Translations under genes and position numbers: made by a program
Notes under the pieces: generated by a model
The model's input: only the letters and a program-made list of their open reading frames with translations
Databases searched by the model: none
Told to the model about the DNA's origin: nothing
Shown: positions 11,766 through 24,403 of the stretch, in pieces
How positions within the stretch are numbered: position 1 is the stretch's first letter
Layout of the letters: each line of letters starts with the position of its first letter
NCBI RefSeq assembly: GCF_964204865.1
Contig: NC_135256.1
Coordinates: forward strand, 10,168,001 to 10,232,000
Length of the DNA: 64,000 bases
Reading direction: 5' to 3'
Source of the DNA: Styela clava
Taxonomy: Eukaryota

Positions 11766-14700
11766 TCATACGAATGAAGGGGTCGAATAATTGAATAATT
11801 TATATTGTTCCCAATATGCTTCATACAAGGCATGCAATTTTTTTGCAGGAAGGCTGTTCAAATAGGTCCTGTATTTATTTTTCCACTTGTGTCCTAATGA
11901 TTCCCATGAATTGGATTTTTCTGAAAAAAAATATTGTATTTAAACATAAAACAATTATATTTGAATTGTCTGCACAGCAAAAGTCACTGATAATTTTTTT
12001 TTTTAATTTTGTACATGCTCATTTCTAGTGATAGATATCAGAAGAAGCCAATATTTAATTTATTTTGTACACTACCCCGCCCCATTCACCGGTGAATACT
12101 CACCTTTAAAAAGTAGATTGTTATTTATTCCCAATTTTTTTCCAAGATATTCAGAATCCAGTGCAATTGTCTCTAATTTAGCAATGTAATCATATTGAAT
12201 ATGACAAGGATCACATATATCACTATACGATCTCCAATGGGCATCAACTTGCTTTGGATTGCTCAATATACTGTCGACAAATTCTTCAAAGCTAGCTCTA
12301 CCAGGTTGGAAATATTCCGTGTTTTTGCTTTTAGCTGAAAAGTAACGAATTCCGTATTTCACAATAACTTGAATTATCGGACTCTGACATGACACGTACT
12401 ATTTAATTAATTTCGAAATTATTGCTTGGATGAGCGTTGTTATCAATCCTATATGGCTAAAAGATCGGGCTTCATGCCCTGTTTCAGTGAATTGCGCTCT
12501 CAAAAATCACATATTTGGAGGATATTGTTGTGCAGGCTGCTTAAAAACGCTTTCCAAAAAGTTATCTAAATTGGGAACACAAAAACTCACCAAATTCTGC
12601 ATGTATTTTTTCCGATAATGTTATATAATATTCCGTTACCGATCCCTCCGGTAATATTTTATCGATGTAAGCAGATACAACACGCTCCAATGGTTCTCTT
12701 ACTGTCATTCATGATGCGATAATAATTATTCAGTCGCTTGTTCATTTCATTATTAGACTCTGGGTTCTGTGGTGGGAATCTTGTCCAGAGATAACTGTCA
12801 CATTTCAAGATAAAGATACTTAAAGATAAATTAGCTGTATCTACGCTATAGTCTATTCTTTGTAGAATGAAGACAAAGGGAAACAATAAATGCGATTGCA
12901 CTTTTTGTCTCATTAAATAAACTGGCAAATATATATATGTTACTGCCAACAAATGAAATTTATTATAAAAATAGCAAGATTACGCTTGTATGTTAGTGTG
13001 AAGTGCCTGTTATAATTGGTATATTATAAAGTGTGAACCGTCAACCTTATTCATGCCAGGAGAGTTGTTTTGATTTAGTGATCGTATGGTCCTTCCAATA
13101 TCCTATCGATTCCGGTGTTAGTCGAATATTTCACTTAATGAGTACTTGTGTTTTTTGTTCTGGGTGATGAATAAACTTCTAAGTATCTATCTGGGATATA
13201 CTGAATGTTGTTATTGGTAACGAATTGAATTTTATGGGTCGTTCTGAAAACAATCGCTTTTCTCCGCAACTACTGAACCATTTGCTCTGGGCTCTAAGGG
13301 ATTCGTTTTTTTGTGTGCGATGACGTCATCCATATTACAAATTGCGTACCTTGTGGCGTTTCTGCGTTCGCGATCTATTGGTCAGGCGAAGTCGTGAAGC
13401 CCGTGGTACCGGTAGTCTACTGTGACAGGTTGCCCACCCGTATTATTTCGTTTTGAACTTCGTGCTCATATATTTGAGCACAGTGTATTTTGAATGATGT
13501 TTTTTACGGATAAGATTTTTTTTAACTCATGACTTTCTGACCATATTGCATCTCCTTCCATGACTTATCTCGGCGACCAATCAAAATGGAATGTTACGCC
13601 AATAGGATATTGACGCCACGTTAAATGAACTTCCAGCCCGCAAAATACAGGTTATACTTGAGGAAAATACCATAAAATATATAACGTTTACCGTTTTTCG
13701 CGAAGTAAAATAAAAGAGTTTAATCCCTTCCAAAGGTGATACTGTTCAATTTCACTCAAGGAAGTTACATTCACAATTCCTTCCGCGATAAGCAATGTTT
13801 TTCTCCATTCTGTGCTTCCGCATTTAGGAACTTCACACAGTATCACCTGCAAACAAAAGATAGAGATAAACGTAAATTTTAGATTTTATGCTTCACCATC
13901 AGTGTCAGCGATCAAAACGTATTTAGCCAGTACTTGTCTTGTTTACTCTTTTTTATTTAATACGTGGTTTTCCAAAAGAATGTTGGGAGAACCATTTAAT
14001 GTCCGCTCTGTCCAGCGGACAAATACAAGCCGACCACTCTATTTAGGCTTCTGAAATGGTGTCCCAACCTTGAGAGAGAACCACAGTACTAGTCTAAAGT
14101 ATCAAATTCAGTGATCTATTAAAAATGTAGTGGCTTTTAACTTGTGCTGCTCAGGGTGATTGTGCTAAAACGCTTCACGGAAGCTTTGTTGGATCAGTCG
14201 TTATTTGATCATCAACCAAATAACTCAGCTTTAATTATTATTGAAGCTTTCCATCTAAATAACGAATAAAATTCACCTTGAGTTTATCTGAGTAGTAGAA
14301 ACGAGGAATTAATACCCCCGTTTTATTCATCCATGTCGATGCATTCAAAGTTCTATTGCCAGAATACCCATATCCAAGTTTATAGCAGTACGTTCTTAAA
14401 TGTGTATTCCGTTGTTCGGCTATCTTCAACATATTCCATTTTTCTGCTTCAGAGATAATTGGCAGTCCGCCGATGTCGGATCGCAATTGTAGCTTCTGAA
14501 ACTCAAAATAAAGTATATATTATCAAAATTTGATAGATTTAATTTTAGGTAAACAATGAAACTAGCCCTAGTTTTCCAACTTTGTTATGCAGGTTATGAA
14601 GTGGTACCGTTTCACCGATAAGTATACTCGTGAAGCTGTAAACCCTCGGAATATACCGTGTGCTGCAAAGTAACTCAACAGGTTCGATAATCTGACGACG

Positions 14701-16068
14701 AAAGGAGAGAACTCTGTTATTCAGCAGAAAAGCATGGATTGATCAGTGACACATAGTAAACCGAAAACACGTCTAACTTTTACAGAAGACTGCCAAGAAG
14801 AGACGGTGCACTTCTAAAATAAGGGGTCATGTGGGCAGGGATGTACGGAGTTAGCCAAGAATAGTCAGATCTACTACAAAGAAAATTTCGAAGTCGAAAC
14901 ACTGGCTTTGACTCTATATACTCTTGTACACGACCGTGAAACGCTTTAAGTTTTAACTAATAATTAAACTAGCTAGATCGGACTCAGAAATAATAGGTTC
15001 GCGTGTTCAACTGCTGAGATATCTGTTAATTTGATATAACAGCAAAGAATCAAGAGAATGCCTCTATAAAATTTTATTTCCTTCAATAGTATATTACAAT
15101 AAACTTAAGTCGCATAAACAAACTCACACTTCTAAGTTATTGTTATTGACAGGTGAAATTATAGCTTAGATTGACAATTGTTTTTCGAGAATCGCCTTTA
15201 AAAACGATCACACATATTTCATATTTCTCGTTAAAATCGTCTCTTCCTTAATATCTTAAAACGTTCGTTTTTACGGAGTGGGATTTTGCTCCTGCTCAAT
15301 TATTGCGAGACAATTCTCATGACGACAATCCATGTAAAACAAGATAAATCAGGCACATTGCTAATAATCACATGAGAATTATTCAATTTGTTACGACTGG
15401 TATCGAAATCCAATAATAGAATGCTATAGAATTTCTAATATTTTATGACGTTGAAACTATTTTTAGAGTTTATGTCAATACATTCAAAATTATCGGTTAA
15501 TTTGTTACAACCCCAAGATATAAAAATCTAACAATAAAAAGAGCAAAATTAAGTGTCGCCCCAGTTAAAACACAAAGCTGTATTAAATCACAGCTCTCAC
15601 TGATTTAGGAAGCTTTCTCTATAACCGTGTAAGCGTTGAAGGAGATCTGTAGCTCAGCCTTTTATCCGCTTATTAACACAGAGTGCAAAAGATTTCGAGT
15701 TTTGCTATAACGAGAAGGTTTCAAACGCAATAGCTCGTTATCGCACACGAAGTGAACTTTCATACGTCGTTTTTTTTTTCATTTTTCACATTTCATTTTA
15801 CATATTGGTCTGTTTGTCAAGAAACCTTCTGCAAATGGGAAATTACTGTGGTCGTTTGGATGAAATTTGAATTCGGCGAAAATTGCCTTTTTTCCGAATC
15901 CAATAAATCAATACTTTTTTAATCAATCAAATAAAAATATTTTAGTAAGACTCACCATACCTTGGTAATTGAACGGAATTTCATCCAGAATAATTGAAGA
16001 ATTAATCCACACAGAATAATAATAAGCACTATATAAAATACCTTCCTAATGTCTGATTTTGAAGACAT
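11766..16068 (-). pseudogene. ST-B: CHST11-like carbohydrate sulfotransferase with a 4-bp frameshift in exon 4 (recent pseudogene, null allele or sequence error)
   Basis: Exons 16068-15961, 14495-14277, 13846-13692 (VPKCGSTEWRK), 12794-12591, 12334-12104 (HWRSYSDICDPCHIQYDYIAKLET) and 11920-11766 (EQYKLFNYSTPSFV*). Exon 4 is 204 nt versus 200 nt in ST-C and ST-D because of TCAT-TCAT at 12705-12712. This gives a stop at 12659-12661 and puts VREPLERVVSAY out of frame. Confidence 0.85.
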
Positions 16069-18592
16069 CTTAAATATTACCGTGATATTTGAATTGTGAA
16101 CAAGGCAATACTATAGCATGAGCAATACTCTGTCCCAGTCCAAAAGTGTTAAAAGCATCACTAGCACAAAACTATCTGAACATACAGTCTACAGCGGAAA
16201 TGCGCCGGCAGTGATGCAGAAAAAAGGAACTCACGAAACATGTCAACCGCGAAAATGTCATATATATACAGCGAACGCTCATATAGAATTGGTTAAAAGC
16301 AGAAATTTAATGCGAGATCAGATTGAAATCCTTAACGGGTCGTGGTTTATTGAAGTTTAGTATCTAGCAATGATAGACGACATTATTGTATGGTGCTCGT
16401 TGTTCGAAACTCAAATCAATCATTCATAATTTATGCTCAAACTGTTGTATTCCGTAATTTCCGCTAGATGTTGTTCAAGAGCTATGACGTCATCGTCAAC
16501 CACATTGCGCTGCGGATATTCTTGAATACATCATTCGCTAGCATGTCTATCGCTGGATATATTCTAGTCAATGAACTTTTAGCTAATCATTATGATACGC
16601 AGAAAATTTTCCGAGGTAAAACATTTAATTCACCTGAACATAGGGACAAGGTATTCATTTGTTGCGTACAGCTGCGCATTCCAGACTCGTTGTCTAGTCC
16701 GTGTGGAACCAGTGATAAATTATAGGAGGGTTCCCTGATCTTTGTACAATTTGCATCTCCACACTTTTGCAACTACAGATTTTAGCACTCGCACACTGAT
16801 TGCTTCCATGAACATTTGCACACAATGACGTTCGCACCTACGGACATTTTATTTGCATCCACGGACAGAAACGGTCATTTTCAACCCACGAATATTTGTA
16901 CGGGTGCTAAAATCTATGGATGCAAAACAAGTAGATACAAAATTCCCTGGATGCATGCAGTTTATGGGTACACGCAGGAAAATTTTGTGTTGTCCAAATT
17001 ATTCTTATTGTTAAATCGTATTGGCTGGTAAAGTTAAACTCTGATCTCGGGCTGAATATGTGGCCCAATGCGGCCCTCGAACGCCCATCAATATTTGTAA
17101 TATTTTTGCAAGTTTTTTTTTATATAAATGTTATACATTTTTGAATTGAATATTCACACAGAAACGACAATTTACTGAAATTATTTTTTGAAAATTAATT
17201 TTTTTTTGTTTTGAATATGATCCAATTATGGCTAGCAAAAGAGTACTTGAAAAACCACTTCCGGGATTAAATGAAACGCAAACTATATGAAAAAGGCAGA
17301 AAACTGGGAGTTGCAATATTTCTGCATTTCTCAAATTCTGATGCGCATTGTTTAATTTGTCATATTTCCATCAGTACAATGAAAGAATACAATATAAGTA
17401 GACATTCTCAGAATACGATCAGCAGTCAATATGACAAATTTAAAGATCGCATTCGAACAGAAAATTATCGTGTGTTTGTATATTAATATTTTGTTATACA
17501 ACTACCTAGTTACTAAAAATAAATATCAATCATGACTCAAGAGGTCCTATGCCACGTAATGGTAGGAAATGTCTGGTCCGAAAAGTCCGACATTTGTTTG
17601 TTTACAGATCTATACATGAAGTGATAAACGTAATATTTTTGCATTACTGAAAGTAATCAAACATTCTGAACGATCCAGATTAACCGATGTTCATGTGAAT
17701 TCGTTAATCAGTGTTGGTACTGTAAAATAATTTCATCCTGATATTAGTAGGCTGGTGGCACAAAAGAGATGCCAAACGTCAGGACATATGCAATAAAAAA
17801 AACATTGAGTTCATTCTGTAGTATTTTTGTCAATTTTAGGTCTATATATTTAGTCATTTTTAGTGTATGTATTATTTTTTTCCTATCAAAACTTTGTTCA
17901 AAATGTTCTGGATAGTTGTACATAGAAATATTTATGATTTTTTGTAATGACTACAGTAAATTGCAATATAAGTAAAATGCAATAATTAATACGTAAATGG
18001 CAATTGAAATTCAAGAAAATAACAAAACTTCATTCGGCTGTTTGATTTAATCACAATATATGTCACAAACTCCATCTATCTAAAAGTATGCTCCGAGTAT
18101 ACATTATCATATTACATCGAAAACTGTTTGCGGCCCTTTGCACAATTCCCAAAATGCAATACGGCCCTCGAGAGCCAACGAGTTTGACACCCCTGTTATA
18201 GGACATGACATCATACGACTCATAGAATACTTTAAACAAGCTAAATGTGTATTAAAGACAGTGACGAACTGGAGGTAAAGCCACCTTTATCATTTTTTCG
18301 CTTTTGGGTTAAACAGACTTATTTTGTCACTTTCTATAGTTTTTATCACTGGAATACTGACATTAGATAATATTAAACTGAACTATAGAACGCCCATAAT
18401 TTGGCTCGGAAAAATGCCTATGTTGTAAATCAGTATTCTGCATTTGACAGTTGACATTGAAGAAAGAAAATTCCAACCGAAATAAATAGAATCTATTGAA
18501 TAAAAAATAAAATCCTTGATAAATCCTATTTCTTCTACGTTCCGAATTCTTATATTGATTACTTCGTTGCTGCCGTCCCAGTCGTGTCATTA
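13801..18592 (+). repeat. Segmental duplication, copy 2 (ST-B 5' half plus upstream flank)
   Basis: Line-for-line match to position 1 onward, initially at offset 13800. It ends about 70 bp from the ST-C stop codon. Confidence 0.95.
17025..18195 (+). mobile_element. Internally deleted hAT (SPIN/Charlie-type) element
   Basis: Right TIR GTTTGACACCCCTG; decayed left end. N-terminal relic HCLICHISISTMKEYNISRH (17340-17410) and C-terminal relic RSRLTDVHVNSL..PDISRLVAQKRCQTSG (17670-17785). Confidence 0.8.
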
Positions 18593-18663
18593 AGTTCTTG
18601 CTATCCTTTGGGTGGAGTCAATTACCAGAATCGTGCCATGCGCAGTTCAACGCTTTTCCTTTA

Positions 18664-21600
18664 TCATACTTCCACGAATGAAGGGGTTGAATAATTAAAC
18701 AACTTATATTGTTCCCGGTGTAATTTGTACAAAGCACGCAATTTTTCCATGGGAAGTCCCTCTAAATATGTTGTGTATTTCTTTTTCCACTTGTGTTCCA
18801 ATGACTCCGATAAATTCGATTTTCCTGAAAAAAAATATTATGTTTTATATTCGAATTGTTTCCATAGTGAAGACTATTCACTAGTCTTTTCAATTCCCTC
18901 ATTGTGTATTTCTTACACATTGGAGTGATTACTGAAAATAACAAAGCAAATTTACAATTCGATTGAAAAGGGGGTATTTGGAGTTGAATATCCGTGTCTG
19001 AATCTATGGTATGTTTGAGCTGATGGTCGTATGGTAGTATTGGGATCGTTTGCCTATAGGTAATACCGTTTAGTCAAATTTGATTGAACAGAACTATGTC
19101 GGTTTCAATCGGAACCTAAATGTTTAAAATGAAACTCTTGGCAACAATGAGTCATAAAAATGATTCGTTTAGTCGTTTTTTGCATTCAATTCGTGTATAA
19201 ATTACCAAGTTACATTAAAGTAGCCTCTAGGTAGGCCCCAGGGCAGGGGTGGGCAACCTTTTTAGACTCGCGTGCCAAAATCGGCTGAATTTAGCGATAA
19301 AATTCTTCCGCGTGCCAGCCAAAATTAAAAACAATGCTTTGCTGCTTTAAAGAAAAATTACAAGATAATAAACCTATAAAACATGTATAGACAGATTCAC
19401 TATTCGGGAAAATATCTGTCCGGCAAATAGACTTTATTACTTTTCTTATTCGATATTGGTGAGACTGATTAGTCCCGTATTAAGAGTAGCCCAAAAGATG
19501 AAACCAGTAGTTCGTGTATTCTTTGAAAGTTACAAAATATAAACCCAATGTAAAATTTCTATCAGCGGTAATGCAGCAGCAGAAGTCTCACTGATATAGA
19601 ATAAGAAAAGTAATAAATCTATTTGCTGGACTGATATTTCATAATATGACAGGAGTTCATAACTGAGAACAGAGATTCAGAAGCATATGAGGATGAAAAC
19701 GTGAAGAGTAATGCAGTTGCAAAGTTTTTAAGACACGAAAATTTTTCGGGAATGGCACCCCAATCACGCAGTAGTTTGTTTCCTTCGCTTCTCTTGTATT
19801 CCCTTCCCTAATCGCTTATATTTCGAAATTAATTTATAAACGTAGGTAAGCAAGTAACTCTCATGACCATCATGAGCTGTACAACTTCATAAATCAAGCA
19901 GAAAGGAAGAAAGAGGATGGCTCATACAAACTATATTACGTAAGAATGTATTCAAATGATTGCTGCGCTCTTCTCGACAGCTCACTAATTTGTTATGTCA
20001 TAACAGATTTCTTTGTAGCCATTTGTCATGGAAGAACAAAAAGTGTTCAATAAATAAATGACGGATTGTGAACAAACGATGATGAAAAAACGAACACCTA
20101 GTTTCATCAGATAATTTAGACAGAGTCTTGCAACTTTTTATCTGAAAGAGAAAAATGATCTCGTTTCTAAGGCCTCGCTCGCGTGCCGAATAAATGGGCT
20201 CGCGTGCCAAGTTCGGCACGCGTGCCAGGGGTGCCCACCCCTGCCCTAGGGTGAATATTAAAAGGGTGAATACTCACGTTTGAAAAGTAGATTATCACTT
20301 ATTCTAAATTTTTTCATAAGATATTCAGAATCCAGTGCAATTGTCTCCAATTTAGCAATGTAATCATATTGAATATGACACGGATCACATATATCCTTAT
20401 ACAATCTCCAGTGGATATCAAGTTGCTTCGGATTGCTCAATATACTGTCGACAAATTCTTCAAAGCTAGCTCTACCAGGTTTAAAATATTTTGTGTTTTT
20501 ATTTCGAGCTGAAAATAATAAATTGTAAAAAAAAAAATTGGAATTCAGCAGGGACTAAAAATTAAGCGTATTATTTATTGTTCAATAAATTCAAACAACA
20601 AAGCTTAAATGAGATTTGTCGCCAAATTTAAAATTCCTCATACGTTTTTTTTTAGGGTCAGGCGGAAAGACGGCTTTTAAAAATGACATTTTTGGCATTA
20701 TTGTATCGTAGTTCTGCAATCAATAGCCAGTTACAATAGGGTCTTCGTGTTATATTCCATACTTTGAATATTACCACATCAAACTATTTGAGAACCGCTT
20801 CATAACAAGACCCCTGAACACAAAAACTCACCGTATTTCCCATGTATTTTCTTCGACATTTCTTCATAAAATCCCAAACCCGATCCACCCGGTAACATTT
20901 TATCGATATAAGCAGATACAACACGCTCTAATGGTTCTCTTACTGTCATTATGCGATAATAATTATTCAGTCGCTTGTTCATCTCATGATAAGATTCCGG
21001 GTTTTGAGGGGAAAATTTTGTCCAGAGAAATCTGTCGTATTTCAAGATAGAGTTGAGGTACATTAACTGTATTTTATGTTATAGAGTGGGAAAAAAAGTA
21101 TCATCTTGTCATACTTCTTGTCGCATTGTGGAAACTGGTGAATAAAATCAAAGGATGCGCACGGGGCCTGACGACGAGAGTCTTAGGCTACTTCGTCTGT
21201 GAGCTCATCCCGATAATGACGACACACAAGCTGTTATGTAATTTATTAAAACGTCACAATACAAATATCTGTAAACTGTATTATGACGGCATAAATGCAA
21301 AAGTTTGCATCAATGTATAGTACATTGATTATTTTATTTCTAAAAACAAACAGGTCTATGTTATTGTATAGATAAATTAAATTTATTATTTGTTGATAAA
21401 TAAACATCTAATTATTATCATTTTCTAATCTTTTCAAAAAGGCATTATTATGGTAAAAACTGTTTAATTAATTTAGAGGGTGTTTTGATTTTTTAAGTTA
21501 AAATGCTAAAGTTTTTTAAATTTGAATAAATTCATTTATTCGGCCGTATTTAATTTTTTAACTTTTTAAACGTGGAATATTTGGAACAACGGCACTTCAC

Positions 21601-24403
21601 CTGATTAAAAAATCAAACAAAATTGAATGCGGAGGACATTACATGCATGAGTTATTCGAACCAGCTAGAAATAATCGATCAATATATAACTTTACCGATT
21701 GTCCCGAGCCAAAGTAAAAGCTTCTTCGTGTCCAATTTCACTCATGGAAGTTACATTTACATCTCCTTCTACGATAAGCAATGTTTTTCTCCATTCTGTG
21801 CTTCCGCATTTACCAACTGCACATATTATCATCTGTAAATAAGGGTGAAATCTATCTGTAAACACTTCAAAATATCAGTAAACACTTGAATGGATTCAGA
21901 TCATGTCTTATCTAATCATTCTTCAAATGTAATTTTCCAGGAAAACGTTACAAAAGTACAGCAATATCCGTACTGCCCCGCTTCAGTTCGTTTACTGTGA
22001 TCTATTCGACAACCAAACAACTCAGTTTTGCCCATAATTGAAACTTTCCAGCAAAAAAATGAATAAAACTCACCTTTAGTTTATCAGAAAAGTACAAATT
22101 AGGCCTAATCCGTGTTTTTTTCATCCATGCCGATGCATTCAAAGTTCTATTGCCAGAATACCCATATCCAAGTTTATTGCAATACGTTTTAATATGTGAA
22201 TTCCGTTGCTCGGCAATCTTCAGCATATTCCATTTTTCTACTTCAGGGGCAATTAGACGTATGTTGATGTGAGATTGCACTGCTCCTTTCTGAAACTTAA
22301 AATAACGTATAATAGAATGTTTATTTATACAATTAATTTTACAAAGCAATGTATGTTCAATGTAAAATGTAAGCGATATAAACTGTCTTACTAATGCAAT
22401 ACCCAAGTGTGACACTATCACAATGGATAAATGTAACACTTCTATAACTAACTTGGGTGATGGCCCAAAAGAGTCTTTCATCAGCTGCCTGCGCTAGCGA
22501 AGGCCAGAGCGCGTTATCCTTGTTGTTGGAGAGCGTCGAACAGCGCCTTATTGGCCTGGCGAGTCAAAGATTCTGGGGTTGATCCCCATACTCACTACCT
22601 TACACAAGATTTTCAAAATTTGATTGGTTCTGCTAAGCCGGGAAGATTCAAATATCTTGTTTGTTCGAAGTGAAGTACTTTCCTATTCTTTTCACATGCG
22701 TGCAATACACAATGAGCATGGGTACGATTTTGTGATTATGCAAATCAGATTGTAGAAAACCCTACTATGAATACTAGAATCACCCCTTAATTAATATGAG
22801 TGCCATCACCGAAAAAATCCAAACCAAAAAGTTATTGTAATCTGTTATATCATAACTAAGAACTTGAACATAAAAATACTTGATGCATGTAATTCAGTGT
22901 TCACTATTAACGCACTATTTTGCGAAAAGTGCGAGACACTTTCGCAGTTATTTAGAAACCACGAAATCGCTATTACAAATTTTATATTTACAAATTATTT
23001 GCGTGCGAGTACAAAGTTGACAAAAGGCTGCCTGCGAGTAATATTGTGGAACACCTTTTTCTGCTCGCGTGCCGAAATCGGATAAATCTAAAGACAAAAT
23101 TCTTCCGCCTGTCGACTAAAATTAAAAACAATGCTTTGCTACTTTTGAAGCAAAAATACACAATAATAAACCTTTCAAACATGTACAGACAGATTCACTA
23201 TTCGGAAATATATCAATCCGACAAATAGTTTTGATAACTTTTCATATTCGATATCAGTGAGACTTCTGCTGCTGCATTACCGCTGATAGAGATTTTACAT
23301 CGGGTGTATATTTTGTAACTTTCAAAGTAATACACGGACTCCTGGTTTCATCTTTCCGGCTACTCCTGTTACGAGACTTAATAAAGTTCATGACTGAGAA
23401 CAGAGATTTACAAGCATATTATGTAGATTAAAACATGGAGAGTAATGCAGTTGCAAAGTTTTCAAGACACGAAAATTTTTCGGGAATGGCATCCCAATCA
23501 CGCAATAGTTCGTTTTCTGGAATCCTCTTTTGTATTCCCTTCCCTATTGCTCATATTTCTTTCGGAATCAATTTATAACAGTAAGTGGGACATATAGCCA
23601 ACTTCATAAATCAAGCAGAAATAAGGAAAAAGGGTGGCACATACGAACTATATTACGTAAGAATGTAGCCAAATGAATGCTGCGCTATTTCCGACAATAT
23701 TTCTCGAGAGCTCACTCATTTGTTACCTCATGTTATATTTCTTTGTAGCAATTTGTCATGAAAGGACAAAAAGAGTTTAAATAAAGACCGGATTGTGCCA
23801 CGCGTGCCAGGGGTCGCCCACCCCTGATCTAAGCCATGTGGTGCAGACAAGGAAGATGAAGCTATCTGCGATTTTGCTTTTGAACTACAGGAAATTTTAA
23901 CGGACTATCACCGATTTGCGAAATCGCCAAATACACACAAAATGGTTTCGTCGTGTGAACAGTCAATTTATTCCAATCACGAATGTTAAAAGCACACGGC
24001 ATTCCTCGAAATTCTGCGATATAAAATGTTATCACCGATAAATCGTACACTAAACGTCGGAAAATGAATAATCCATCTATTATGGCGGGATTTAGGTTGC
24101 TTGGAAATAATTACGTTTTGCTCAATTAACACAAATAACATCCGTTTATTTCCGTATAGAAGTGGTACCCTTCTACCGGTATTTGAAATATACTCATCGT
24201 CTCTGCCAATTGACTAGCGATAGCACAAGACTCAGCATCAAATATTAAACAAAATTATTTGATATTCATGGTTTCGTTCGAAATATTTAGGCTAAAACTA
24301 CATAATAAAGATTACTCACGTTTACTATATATGTTGACACGCTTAGCAACAAGACAATGCAAATGATGATACTATTTTTTAAATGTAACCGGCACAGGTC
24401 CAT
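18664..24403 (-). CDS. ST-C: CHST11-like carbohydrate sulfotransferase, ~342 aa, intact
   Basis: Exons 24403-24320 (MDLCRLHLKNSIIICIVLLLSVSTYIVN, anchor), 22289-22074, 21832-21696 (CAVGKCGSTEWRK), 21031-20832 (VREPLERVVSAYIDK), 20508-20278 (HWRLYKDICDPC) and 18824-18664 (TGA). Total 1029 nt, with consistent phases. Confidence 0.9.
19244..20243. mobile_element. Non-autonomous hAT element (1000 bp) in ST-C intron 5
   Basis: TIR CAGGGGTGGGCA...TGCCCACCCCTG, TSD CCCCAGGG/CCCTAGGG (7/8 match), CGCGTGCC subterminal repeats. It is absent from the homologous ST-D intron (~28730). Confidence 0.9.
23044..23826. mobile_element. Second, older copy of the same hAT family in ST-C intron 1
   Basis: Colinear similarity to 19244-20243. 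Right TIR CGCCCACCCCTG is intact; the left TIR is decayed. Confidence 0.85.
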
